DNA of 64,000 bases, taken from positions 2,357 through 66,356 of the forward strand of contig NZ_DASWXE010000076.1 in assembly GCF_036405635.1 (NCBI RefSeq), given 5' to 3'. How positions within the stretch are numbered: the stretch's first letter is position 1; the number at the start of each line of letters is the position of its first letter. This DNA comes from Gemmatimonas sp. (GTDB taxonomy: Bacteria > Gemmatimonadota > Gemmatimonadetes > Gemmatimonadales > Gemmatimonadaceae). Of the stretch, positions 44,737 through 55,166 are shown one piece after another. The position numbers and the translations under genes are program-made. Under the pieces are notes generated by a model. The model did not search any database and had not been told where the DNA came from. It saw only the letters and a program-made list of their open reading frames with translations.

Positions 44737-46304
44737 CGACGCGAGGCTTCCTGCTTGCCGATCGTCGAGTTGCGCATGCCGTACAGGAAGTACGTGGTCA
44801 TGCCGATCGCCGTCCACGCACCGAGCAACGTCCACGTGAGCTTCGGCAACTGGAACATCATGTACAACGTGGCACCGGCGCCCAGGATCGGGACCAACGG
44901 GACCAGCGGCGTACGGAACGGGCGCTCGAGTTCCGGCGAACGGTTCCGGAGCACCCACACACCGATGCACACCGTGGCGAAGGCCGCCAGCGTACCACCC
45001 GACACCAGCTCACCGAGCAGGCCGAGCGGGAAGAAGCCGGCGATCACGATGGCAATGGCTCCCACGATCCACGTCGACGCGGCCGGAGTCTGGTACGTCG
45101 GGTGCACACGGCTGAAGATCTTCGGCAGGAGGCCGTCACGCGACATCGTGTAGAAAATGCGCGGCTGACCCATGAGCATCACCAGCACAACCGACGACAG
45201 GCCCGCCGTGGCGCCGATGTTCACGAGGTACTCGAGCCACTTGAGCTGCGGCACCGCGCCAATGGCCACCGACACCGGGTGCGGCACGCCAAGCTGCTGG
45301 TAAGGGGCCAGGCCCGTCATGACCAGCGACATCAGGATGTAGAGCACCGTGCAGATCAGCAGTGATGCGATCATGCCGATCGGCAGGTCACGCTGCGGGT
45401 TCTTCGCTTCCTGCGCCGCCGTGGAGACAGCATCGAAACCGATGTACGAGAAGAACACCACCGGCGCCGCACGCAGCACGCCCGAGATGCCGTACTTCGT
45501 GGAGCCATCCGGGTTGGTGACCATATCCGGAATGAACGGCGTCCAGTTTTCGCGGTTGATGTACATGAAGCCGAAGCCGATCACCAGCAACACCACCGTC
45601 ATCTTGATAGCCACGACGACGTTGTTGAACGTGGCCGATTCCTGCACACCACGCACCAGCAGCATGGTGAGGCCCAGGATCAGGACCACGGCCGGCAGAT
45701 TGATCAGGCCGTCCACCACATTACCGCCGGCTGCCGTGCACGCATCTCGTGCGACGAAGGCCACATGCGTGGCGGCATCCATCAGCGCACCGCCCGTGGC
45801 AGGGTCGACGCACGTGAATGCGCGCACGACTTGGTGACCATTCACCACCGTCAGCGGCGCCGAGGCAAATGCCGCGGGAATGTGAATGCCCACTTCGCTC
45901 AGCAGCGCACCGAAGTAGCCCGACCAGCCCACGCTGACCGTGGCGGCCGCGAACAGGTACTCGAGCACGAGGTTCCAACCGATGAACCACGCCACGCCCT
46001 CACCCATCGTGGCATAGCTGTACGTGTACGCGGAACCGGCGATGGGAATCATCGACGCGAACTCGGCGTAGCACAGACCCGCGAACAGGCAGGCCAGTCC
46101 GGCCAGCACGAACGACAGCGAGACGCCGGGGCCCGCGAAGTTGGCAGCGGCTGTGCCCGTCAGCACGAAGATACCGGCGCCGATGATGGCACCGATACCG
46201 AGCAACGTGAGATTGAGAGCTCCCAGCGTACGCTTGAGCCCTCCTTCGGAGCTGTTCGCTTCTGCACGCAGCGCCGCGATCGATTTCTTTGACCAGATTC
46301 CCAT
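44733..46304 (-). CDS. APC-family amino acid permease
   Basis: LGIGAIIGAGIFVLTG signature, about 12 or more TM segments. Start trimmed to ATG 46304. Confidence 0.9.
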   Translation of the reverse strand: MGIWSKKSIAALRAEANSSEGGLKRTLGALNLTLLGIGAIIGAGIFVLTGTAAANFAGPGVSLSFVLAGLACLFAGLCYAEFASMIPIAGSAYTYSYATMGEGVAWFIGWNLVLEYLFAAATVSVGWSGYFGALLSEVGIHIPAAFASAPLTVVNGHQVVRAFTCVDPATGGALMDAATHVAFVARDACTAAGGNVVDGLINLPAVVLILGLTMLLVRGVQESATFNNVVVAIKMTVVLLVIGFGFMYINRENWTPFIPDMVTNPDGSTKYGISGVLRAAPVVFFSYIGFDAVSTAAQEAKNPQRDLPIGMIASLLICTVLYILMSLVMTGLAPYQQLGVPHPVSVAIGAVPQLKWLEYLVNIGATAGLSSVVLVMLMGQPRIFYTMSRDGLLPKIFSRVHPTYQTPAASTWIVGAIAIVIAGFFPLGLLGELVSGGTLAAFATVCIGVWVLRNRSPELERPFRTPLVPLVPILGAGATLYMMFQLPKLTWTLLGAWTAIGMTTYFLYGMRNSTIGKQEASRR

Positions 46305-46393
46305 CAGAGCGGTGTGGTCTGGGTGGAGCGATCCGTTGGGTGGAGGACGGATCGCAAGGCAACTACAAGGACCTGCCGGCGGGAGACAGATCA

Positions 46394-46419
46394 CCCGTGG
46401 GCGCTAATGTGCCCACGGG
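46394..46419 (-). terminator. Stem-loop downstream of guaB
   Basis: CCCGTGGGC-loop-GCCCACGGG, read directly. The T-tract is weak. Confidence 0.4.
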
Positions 46420-46452
46420 CGATGGTTTCGGACAGTGGCCCAGCGAAACTGG

Positions 46453-47973
<1,521 letters not shown>

Positions 47974-47977
47974 TCAA

Positions 47978-48006
47978 CTCCGGTCTGCAGCTGTGACAGA
48001 CCGGAG
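47978..48006 (-). terminator. Stem-loop after the DUF1232 gene
   Basis: CTCCGGTCTG-9 nt-CAGACCGGAG, a perfect 10-bp stem followed on the minus strand by TTGATTC. Confidence 0.5.
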
Positions 48007-48014
48007 CCCAGACA

Positions 48015-48575
48015 TCAGCCCCGATGGCCGGCCATCTTGCGCAGGCGACGGCGCAAGCGGCTGGGCAGGAAGAACCCGGCGGCGGCCACGATACCGGCCA
48101 GATTGAGATCGTCGAGCTCCCGTGGATCGCCCCGCCAGTGATCCAGCAGCACGTCGTATCCGGCCCGCTCCACCAACCGCTGGAGAGAGAGCATGAGCAG
48201 GAACACGTCGTCCACCTCACCCAGGAAGGGGATGACGTCGGGAATGAAATCGAGCGGCGAGATGATATAGGCCGCCGCCGCGATGACCATGAACCGGTCG
48301 ATGTTGGACACCCGTCGGTCACCGAACAGCCCAATCAGCAGGCGGATGTACGACGGAATCTGCCGGATCGCGTTGACCACCGAGCGCTTGAGCCCTCGAC
48401 GCGGAGCACCGCCGCGCCCCTCGGCTTCCTCACGACGGGCACGACGTTCCCGACGCGCCGCCGACAGGCGCCGCCTGCGGGCATGCTCGCGCGCTTCCGC
48501 GTGCGCCTCTGCTCGGGCATGTCCCTCGGTCTCTTCGTGATCGTCGTCCGGGTCGGGTCGCTGCCGTTCGTCCAT
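48015..48575 (-). CDS. DUF1232 (YkvA-like) membrane protein with a highly charged N-terminus
   Basis: ISPLDFIPDVIPFLGEVDD signature. Confidence 0.75.
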   Translation of the reverse strand: MDERQRPDPDDDHEETEGHARAEAHAEAREHARRRRLSAARRERRARREEAEGRGGAPRRGLKRSVVNAIRQIPSYIRLLIGLFGDRRVSNIDRFMVIAAAAYIISPLDFIPDVIPFLGEVDDVFLLMLSLQRLVERAGYDVLLDHWRGDPRELDDLNLAGIVAAAGFFLPSRLRRRLRKMAGHRG

Positions 48576-48578
48576 GAA

Positions 48579-49037
48579 TCAGGTGGGGTTGGAGCCTGGA
48601 GCTGAGGGCGGCGCGGTTGGCGGCGCAGGTGGGGCACCGTCAGGGGCGGCTTGAGCGGCGGCTGACGGAGGATTCGCGGGGGTGGAGCCAGTCGGTGCGC
48701 CTCCCGGAGGCGGAGCACCGATCTGATCGGCGGCGGTCTTGGCGGCAGAAACGACGTCGGTGGCCACCGTCTTGGTGGTCTGAGCGACGTTGTTCAATAC
48801 CCCGACAGCCTTGTTCAGAAACCCCATGGCCTCGGAGACGGTTCCAACGGCCAGGCCGCCGGCCCGCAGCGTGTCTTCCACGCCATCGGTGAAGCGCTGG
48901 AAGACGTTGGCCACCGGCGCCGGCTTTTCGGCGTACTTCGATTCGAGGAACTCGACATAGTCGAGTACCTGATAGAGACGCTCATCGTTGAGCGTTTCAA
49001 GCTTTCGGGTGATGCGATCGCGGACGTATGGATTCAT
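48579..49037 (-). CDS. Hypothetical protein with a short helical N-terminus and an Ala/Pro-rich tail
   Basis: 152-aa ORF. N-terminus LYQVLDYVEFLESKY resembles the DUF2281-type motif. The remainder is low complexity. It stops 3 nt before the next start. Confidence 0.55.
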   Translation of the reverse strand: MNPYVRDRITRKLETLNDERLYQVLDYVEFLESKYAEKPAPVANVFQRFTDGVEDTLRAGGLAVGTVSEAMGFLNKAVGVLNNVAQTTKTVATDVVSAAKTAADQIGAPPPGGAPTGSTPANPPSAAAQAAPDGAPPAPPTAPPSAPGSNPT

Positions 49038-49066
49038 GTGTTTCCTCCTAAGCCCGCCTTACGCGG

Positions 49067-50053
49067 TCAGCCTCGCCAGCGTTTCCGTTCGCCGCGGGCG
49101 TCGATGTGGCAATATGGCGTGGCGTACCGCCGGCTGCTGTACACGCCGAGCCCACCGGCCAGTTCCGGGTGCATGCGCTCCACCCAATCCACCGCCTGTT
49201 CCACCCGATAGGCGTCGAAGATGGTGAGACGGCCGTCTCCATCGGCGTCGATCGCCACGTCGGCCGCATCACCGTAGAGGTGCCGCGAGTCGCGCGCCGA
49301 GCCTTCGACGGCAGAGTTGTGCAGTGGCGTGCGGAAGCCGGAGTGTACTTCGAGATCGAAATCCATGCGTTCCTCGCCCCGGCGACGCGCCAGTTCCCGC
49401 AGCACCAGCTCGATCTTGTCGAGCACGCGCGGATCGACGGCCACATAGCGGGGCCACATGGTCTGCCGGTCGTGCGTGACGAAATCGCGCACCTTGAGAT
49501 GCCGGGTCAGTGGCAGGTCGAGATGTTCTTCACGCACTTCGGCGAATCCATCGGGCCGCTCGCCCTGTTCGTCGCGCGACCACTCGGACGGATACCGACC
49601 GATCTGATAGCCATTGAGCGTGCTGCCCAACTTGAGCTCGAACGGCACGAGCACGGCCAGTCGTGGCTCGGTAAGACGCTGTGTCACGCCGGCCCGCGTG
49701 ACCGCCAGTTCGTAGAAGCCCGGCGTGAGCGGCGCCAGCAGCGTGTCGCTGTCGAGCGGACGCGCCACGTCTCCCGACTCGTTGCCCCCCACGGCGATCC
49801 ACTGGTAGGTAAAGCCCAGTGCATCGCCATTGACGCGAAGCGGGAATGCCAGGCGCTCGCCAGCCCGTACGAAGCGCATGTGCACGTCACCGCTCGTGCC
49901 CTTGGCCTCGGCGGTGGCTTCCACTCTGGGCACACGCCGCGCGGCACTCTGCGCGGAGGTGTCGGCCATGAGTTCACCAGGTGGCTGGTACCAGATAGCC
50001 GCCGTAATCGCCGCGAGACCACTGAGCACCAGTGCGGTACGACGTCGGATCAC
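49067..50053 (-). CDS. DUF882 / peptidase M15A family protein (MepK-like), paralog 2
   Basis: SGFRTPLHN, SRHLYGDAADV (HxxxxxxD) and CHIDARG. GTG 50053 overlaps the stop of paralog 1 (GTGA). N-terminus has RRR followed by a hydrophobic stretch. Confidence 0.8.
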   Translation of the reverse strand: MIRRRTALVLSGLAAITAAIWYQPPGELMADTSAQSAARRVPRVEATAEAKGTSGDVHMRFVRAGERLAFPLRVNGDALGFTYQWIAVGGNESGDVARPLDSDTLLAPLTPGFYELAVTRAGVTQRLTEPRLAVLVPFELKLGSTLNGYQIGRYPSEWSRDEQGERPDGFAEVREEHLDLPLTRHLKVRDFVTHDRQTMWPRYVAVDPRVLDKIELVLRELARRRGEERMDFDLEVHSGFRTPLHNSAVEGSARDSRHLYGDAADVAIDADGDGRLTIFDAYRVEQAVDWVERMHPELAGGLGVYSSRRYATPYCHIDARGERKRWRG

Positions 50054-51063
50054 AGCGATCCCCAGCGAGCACGCTGACCGCGCACATCGATGTGCACAAA
50101 CGGGCCGTGTGCTGAGGTGGCCGTGTACACACCGATGCCACCGGCGAGTTCGGGATGGGCCTGTTCGACCCGCTCCGCCGCCTTGGCCAGCACACGTGCG
50201 TCGCGAATGTCGACGCGACCATCGCCATTGAGGTCGCTCATCCAGTCGCGCGCACTGTTCATGACGTACACATCGGCCGCGTCGCCGTATTGATGACGGC
50301 TGTCCTGCACGCGACCACCGGCCCCCACACCCTGCTCGTTGTACTGCGGTGTGCGGAAGCCCGACATCACCCGCATCTTCTGCGCAGGAATGCCCATCGA
50401 ACGCAATTCGGCCAGCACCAGTTCGAGCTTGTCGACCAGCGTTTCCTGCAGCACGAGATACTTGGGCCACACGGTGGCCTGGTCGTGGGTCAGAAAATCA
50501 CGCAGGCGGAAGTGCTCGGAGATATGCGTGTCCTGATTGTTCGCCGTGACCTCGAGAAAGCCTTCGGGATTCGAGTACGACGCACTGCGCACACCTCGGC
50601 GTTCGGCGGGAAAGAAGCCGATGCGATAGGCGCCGATACGGCCGCGCACCTTGTCGGCGAACGGACGCATGGTGATGAAATGGAACGGCGTCGCCGCACT
50701 CACGGAGTCGGGCGTCGCATAGATGCCGGCATGTGAAGTGGCGGAATCGCCGAACAGCTCGCGCAGAATGGGCACACTGGCGGTGCGCGTCGGCGAGAGG
50801 AATCGCGCGCGCAGCTTGCGGCTGCGTCCACGCAGGGAGTCGATGAGCGAACCGGGCGCCGCAGCCGCCGCACGACGCGCGGTCGTGTATTCGGTGGCGC
50901 GGCGAACCGTGGTCGCCTCGCCGGCACGGCCGGGTCGAGCAAAAGCCGCGAGCGTCAGACACGCGCCCACACCGAGCGTCACCGAAAGGCGACGCACTAT
51001 GCGTGGTGAACGGGACTGACGGCGAACGGCGTGTGCGGTATCGAGAGGCTGTGGCGAATTCAC
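50050..51063 (-). CDS. DUF882 / peptidase M15A family protein (MepK-like), paralog 1
   Basis: SGFRTPQYN, SRHQYGDAADV and VHIDVRG. N-terminus has RIVRRLSVTLGVGACLTLAAFA. Confidence 0.8.
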   Translation of the reverse strand: MNSPQPLDTAHAVRRQSRSPRIVRRLSVTLGVGACLTLAAFARPGRAGEATTVRRATEYTTARRAAAAAPGSLIDSLRGRSRKLRARFLSPTRTASVPILRELFGDSATSHAGIYATPDSVSAATPFHFITMRPFADKVRGRIGAYRIGFFPAERRGVRSASYSNPEGFLEVTANNQDTHISEHFRLRDFLTHDQATVWPKYLVLQETLVDKLELVLAELRSMGIPAQKMRVMSGFRTPQYNEQGVGAGGRVQDSRHQYGDAADVYVMNSARDWMSDLNGDGRVDIRDARVLAKAAERVEQAHPELAGGIGVYTATSAHGPFVHIDVRGQRARWGSL

Positions 51064-51125
51064 GGAGTCGGGGATGGCGCTCGATGTCTGATCAGCTAAT
51101 CAGAAAGACGATCGAACGTCAGTCG

Positions 51126-51156
51126 GGAAATATAAGTCTCCCACTGCCGGGAGACT
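51126..51156 (-). terminator. Rho-independent terminator candidate after the L,D-transpeptidase gene
   Basis: On the minus strand, AGTCTCCC-GGCAGT-GGGAGACT followed by TATATTT. Confidence 0.55.
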
Positions 51157-51171
51157 CCCGCATCACGGGGC

Positions 51172-51196
51172 CAAAAGCCGCCGGTAGACAGCCGGC
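51172..51196 (-). terminator. Second, weaker hairpin directly after the L,D-transpeptidase stop
   Basis: On the minus strand, GCCGG-CTGTCTA-CCGGC followed by GGCTTTTGG. Confidence 0.4.
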
Positions 51197-51216
51197 CGCG
51201 TGTGTGGGAAATCCGG

Positions 51217-52071
51217 TCAGTAGATGTAGACCAGAGTCCCGACGGAAACCTGATTGTACAGCGCTTCGATGTCTTCGTTCCGGAGGCGGACACAGCCGTG
51301 GCTCACAGCTTGGCCAACCGACTTGGGATTATTCGTCCCGTGCAAGGCGTAGCCATCACCCAGATACAGGCGGCGGGTGCCCAGTACATCCGGATACTTT
51401 CGCTGATTTGTTCCGAAAGGTGGAATGACGATCCGCCCATCGGCCACGATTTCCCGGCCGTCACTGGCCGAGAGCGGTTTGACACTGCCATCGGACCCCA
51501 CACGGACGACGTCGTTCCCCTGCACTGTGATGCTCGACCCATCCTTCAGTTTGATCGGGGAACCGCGCACCATCTGCACCAACCCCATCCCCCGCTTGTT
51601 GGCCTGTTCCTGGAAATGCCAGTCCGGGGGAATCCAGGCCGGCGCGGAATCCCGGCGCTGCACCACCAGGCGCCCGCGCGGTGTCTCGAAGCGCATGACC
51701 TTGGTGCTTCCCTTCACGACCATCTGCTTCCCGGAACCGGTGGCGACGGGGGCCGTGAACAGCACGCTGTCGCCCTGCTTGTACCAGACGCGTCGTTCCG
51801 CGATGGATACGACGATGTAGGGGGCGTTGGCCGCGGCCGGTGGTACCGGGGCCTCGGCGAGCTCAGCCCGCAGACTGTCAGCCCCCGAGCCGGCCTGCAG
51901 AATGGCCTGCTCGATGGACTCGGTGTTGTCGTTGAACACCATGCGGGCCACGTCGCGCTCAAAACGCAGCCGGAAGGTGCCGATGAGCAGCCAGACGGTG
52001 TAGGCGGCCAGCAGGACAATCAGCCCCATGAGCCAGCGCGCACGGAATCGGAATGACGGTGCCGTGGTCAA
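51217..52071 (-). CDS. L,D-transpeptidase (YkuD family), membrane-anchored
   Basis: YALHGTNNPKSVGQAVSHGCVRLRNEDI contains the catalytic His...SHGC motif. N-terminal TM segment. Confidence 0.88.
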   Translation of the reverse strand: MTTAPSFRFRARWLMGLIVLLAAYTVWLLIGTFRLRFERDVARMVFNDNTESIEQAILQAGSGADSLRAELAEAPVPPAAANAPYIVVSIAERRVWYKQGDSVLFTAPVATGSGKQMVVKGSTKVMRFETPRGRLVVQRRDSAPAWIPPDWHFQEQANKRGMGLVQMVRGSPIKLKDGSSITVQGNDVVRVGSDGSVKPLSASDGREIVADGRIVIPPFGTNQRKYPDVLGTRRLYLGDGYALHGTNNPKSVGQAVSHGCVRLRNEDIEALYNQVSVGTLVYIY

Positions 52072-52727
52072 AAGAAGTACACCTTGGTTCCGGTGGTGAG
52101 GTTCTCGCGGATAGCTACCAGGTCAGCGGCAGAGACCCGTACTGCGCCCGGCATCACATAGCTGCTGTCGGCCAGTGGCCCCGTAGTGGGGGTCGAGTAG
52201 ATGAGTACCCCACCGGTGGTGACAATGGCCTGCGCGCCCGTCCAGCCCGTGCCGGAGCGCACCGCTGGTACCGGCAGTCCACGGTCCAGCCAGAGCCAGG
52301 CCGGAAGCTCATAGCGATCGTCCTTGCCCAGCAGGCGCTCCACCACGCGCATTCCACGCGGCACCACGGCGTGCATGGTGTCAGGCGCAGTGCCCACGCG
52401 GCGTTCCGGTCCGATCGTGGCCGTCATGGTGCGCAGACGCGCCGTGCCACGATCCAGCGCCACAAAGGACGAGTCCACGTTGACCGCCAGGTGGAGTGCC
52501 TCATCGCCCTGCGCCTGTCGCCGCAGCAGCTCGATCATCAGCGTGGCCCGGTCGGCATCGGCCGCCACAATGGCGTCGGCCCGCTGCCGTTCCAGGTCCG
52601 TCATGCCGGTGCGCAGACGGGCCGTCTCCTCCCGATAGCGATCCCGTCTCAAGAGGAGGAAACCATCGAACGCCGCCAAGGCGCCTAATACGAGGGCCAA
52701 CACCACGATCCGACGACGAACACGCAT
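52068..52727 (-). CDS. L,D-transpeptidase-like paralog lacking the catalytic His/Cys
   Basis: Same layout as the downstream gene (TM anchor, VNVDSSFVALDRG aligning with VVSIAERRVWYKQG). The C-terminus IYSTPTT...YVMPGAVRVSAADL aligns to YALHGTN...AVSHGCVRLRNEDI. ATGA overlap. Start trimmed to ATG 52727. Confidence 0.6.
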   Translation of the reverse strand: MRVRRRIVVLALVLGALAAFDGFLLLRRDRYREETARLRTGMTDLERQRADAIVAADADRATLMIELLRRQAQGDEALHLAVNVDSSFVALDRGTARLRTMTATIGPERRVGTAPDTMHAVVPRGMRVVERLLGKDDRYELPAWLWLDRGLPVPAVRSGTGWTGAQAIVTTGGVLIYSTPTTGPLADSSYVMPGAVRVSAADLVAIRENLTTGTKVYFF

Positions 52728-52812
52728 GGAGATCCGGGGTTCCTCTGAATGGTTGAGCCGCGTTGCAGTAGATTCCGCCCACGACGTTTCCCCAAGCTTA
52801 CCCCGGAGAACG

Positions 52813-54375
52813 ATGTCTGCACGAGCGACGCGAGCAGTGGCCCTGATCATCCTGGACGGATGGGGATACCGCGAAGCGTGTGAGGCGAACGCAATCTGTC
52901 TGGCCAATACCCCGATCTGGGACGGGGTTTGGTCACATGCGTCACGTACACTGCTCAGCGCATCCGGGCGGGCAGTCGGGCTGCCTGATGGGCAGATGGG
53001 CAACAGCGAAGTCGGGCACCTCAACCTGGGTGCTGGACGCGTGGTGATGCAGGACCTGGTGCGCATCGGCGCGTCCATCGAGGACGGCGACTTCTATCGC
53101 GACGCGGTGCTGCTATCGGCCTGCGCCACCGCAAAGCGCACTGGTGGCACCCTGCATCTGCTTGGCCTGTTGGGCAACGGCGGTGTGCATGCCCACGACG
53201 ATCACATGTTGGCGATGGTGGAACTCGCGCATCGTGAAGGCGTGCCACGGGTGGCCATTCACACCATGCTCGACGGACGCGATACGCCGCCGTCGAGCGC
53301 GTATGGGTTCCTCTCTTCCCTGCTCGAACGCGTGGCCGGCCGCGCGATGCTCGCCTCGGTGAGTGGTCGCTACTACGGCATGGATCGCGACAATCGGTGG
53401 GAACGTACGGGTCTCTGGTATCGGGCCGCGGTGGAAGGAAATGCGCCGGTGGAGCACGACGCGCTGGCCGCACTGCAGCGTTCCTACGATGCCGATGTCA
53501 CTGACGAGTTTGTGCTGCCGTGGGTGATGGCCGGTGCGGATGGCCAAGCCATCGCGCCCATGCGCGACGGCGATGTCCTCGTGTGCACCAATTTCCGCAG
53601 CGATCGCATGCGTCAGTCGTTGCGTGCGCTCTCACTGCCGGACTTTGTGGGTTTTGATGCGGGCATCCGTCCGGTGCTGCACATCACGACCATGACGCAC
53701 TACGACGATGCGTTCAACTTTCCGGTGGCGTTTGCCCCGCAGTCGATGCAGAACCTTGTTGGTGAGGTGGTGTCGAATGCCGGCCTCACGCAGCTGCGTA
53801 CTGCGGAGACGGAGAAGTACCCGCATGTGACGTTCTTCTTCAATGGTGGACGTGATGCACCGTTCCTTGGCGAAGACCGACACCTGGTGCCGAGCCCCAA
53901 GGTCGCGACCTACGACCTGCAGCCGGAGATGAGTGCGCCGGCAGTATGCGACATCCTGTGTGAAGCGCTCGCCAATCGCACGCATGATTTCATGCTGTGC
54001 AATTTCGCGAACACCGACATGGTCGGACACACCGGTTCCATTCCCGCCGCCATGAAGGCCGTGGAGACGGTGGATGCCTGCCTGGGGCGCATTCTCGAGG
54101 CCGCGCGGGTGGGCGGCGCCCGATTGATCATCACGGCCGATCATGGCAATGCGGACGTGATGGTGGATCCGATCACCGGTCAGCCGCACACCGCCCACAC
54201 CACCAACCCGGTGCCCCTCGTCATCATCGACCCCGATGAGACGGCACCGCTGCGCGACGGCGGCGCGCTCTGCGACGTCGGTCCGACAGTGCTGACGCTG
54301 CTGGGCTTGCCGCTTCCCCCTGAAATCACCGGACGCGATCTTCGCGTTCGTCCAACTGCCCGAGTCATTTCGTGA
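52813..54375 (+). CDS. gpmI: 2,3-bisphosphoglycerate-independent phosphoglycerate mutase
   Basis: LIILDGWGYRE, MGNSEVGHLNLGAGR and TADHGNAD motifs. Start trimmed to ATG 52813. Confidence 0.95.
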   Translation: MSARATRAVALIILDGWGYREACEANAICLANTPIWDGVWSHASRTLLSASGRAVGLPDGQMGNSEVGHLNLGAGRVVMQDLVRIGASIEDGDFYRDAVLLSACATAKRTGGTLHLLGLLGNGGVHAHDDHMLAMVELAHREGVPRVAIHTMLDGRDTPPSSAYGFLSSLLERVAGRAMLASVSGRYYGMDRDNRWERTGLWYRAAVEGNAPVEHDALAALQRSYDADVTDEFVLPWVMAGADGQAIAPMRDGDVLVCTNFRSDRMRQSLRALSLPDFVGFDAGIRPVLHITTMTHYDDAFNFPVAFAPQSMQNLVGEVVSNAGLTQLRTAETEKYPHVTFFFNGGRDAPFLGEDRHLVPSPKVATYDLQPEMSAPAVCDILCEALANRTHDFMLCNFANTDMVGHTGSIPAAMKAVETVDACLGRILEAARVGGARLIITADHGNADVMVDPITGQPHTAHTTNPVPLVIIDPDETAPLRDGGALCDVGPTVLTLLGLPLPPEITGRDLRVRPTARVIS

Positions 54376-55094
54376 TGCGCGTGTCCTCCATTCGTTTTGC
54401 TGTCCTTGCCCGCGCGTCTGTGCTGGCGGCGCTCTCCGTCGCTGTGCCGGCCGTGGCATCCGCGCAGGTCGGTCATCAGCCGTCGGCGAGCCCGTACGAA
54501 GACTTCAAGATCGGCCAGACGCTGACCATCATGGCCGGCTGGCTGGCAATCAAGCGCGACCCGGCCGATGTGGCATCCAAGTCGTCAGCGATGGGTTCAT
54601 TGCGCTACGATCTGGGGGTTGGTGGTCCGGTATCGCTGTATGCGCGCTACCTGCTCGCGCCATCGGAGCGAAAGGTGCTGGTGCCGAACAACCCGCGCGC
54701 CACGCGTGTGCTGCGCATGGAGTCGGCCAACACGCATGTGATGGACCTGGGCCTCGATATCTCGCTTACCGGCAAGAAGACGTGGCACAACCTGATGCCG
54801 TCGGTGAATTTCGGCGGTGGTATTGCCAGCAACTTTGCCGCCGTCGACACCGGTGCGTATCGCTTTGGCAGCAAGTTTGCGCTGACCTATGGTGCCAGCC
54901 TGCGCTACTTGCCGCGCAAGGGGCCACAGGTGCGCATCGACATTGGTCGTTACATGTGGAAGTACGAGTACCCCGACCGCTATTTCGTGAAAGCGTCGGA
55001 CACCACGTCGGTGCTCACCGACACGCGCCAGCGTTCGGCGTGGCGCACCAACTGGGGCGTAAGCGCCGGCGTGTCGGTCCCGCTCTTCCGTTAA
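54372..55094 (+). CDS. Putative outer-membrane beta-barrel protein
   Basis: Signal peptide (AALSVAVPAVASAQ), alternating beta-strand-like pattern, C-terminal ...GVSVPLFR. GTGA overlap with gpmI. Confidence 0.55.
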   Translation: MMRVSSIRFAVLARASVLAALSVAVPAVASAQVGHQPSASPYEDFKIGQTLTIMAGWLAIKRDPADVASKSSAMGSLRYDLGVGGPVSLYARYLLAPSERKVLVPNNPRATRVLRMESANTHVMDLGLDISLTGKKTWHNLMPSVNFGGGIASNFAAVDTGAYRFGSKFALTYGASLRYLPRKGPQVRIDIGRYMWKYEYPDRYFVKASDTTSVLTDTRQRSAWRTNWGVSAGVSVPLFR

Positions 55095-55113
55095 GGCACT
55101 CCGTTCGTTCACC

Positions 55114-55137
55114 GGCGCCACTCGCAGGAGTGGCGCC
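55114..55137 (+). terminator. Stem-loop after the beta-barrel gene
   Basis: GGCGCCACTC-GCAG-GAGTGGCGCC, a perfect 10-bp stem. No clear T-tract. Confidence 0.45.
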
Positions 55138-55166
55138 GTCGTCGTCTCCCCTCCCTGCGCGGCCCG

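Noticed and set aside
48015-49037. The DUF2281-like plus DUF1232 pair as a toxin-antitoxin system.
   Set aside because: Only a roughly 15-residue motif resemblance supports the antitoxin idea. The partner is a membrane protein of a family not known as a toxin, and the first protein is mostly low complexity. It is kept as a low-interest observation instead.
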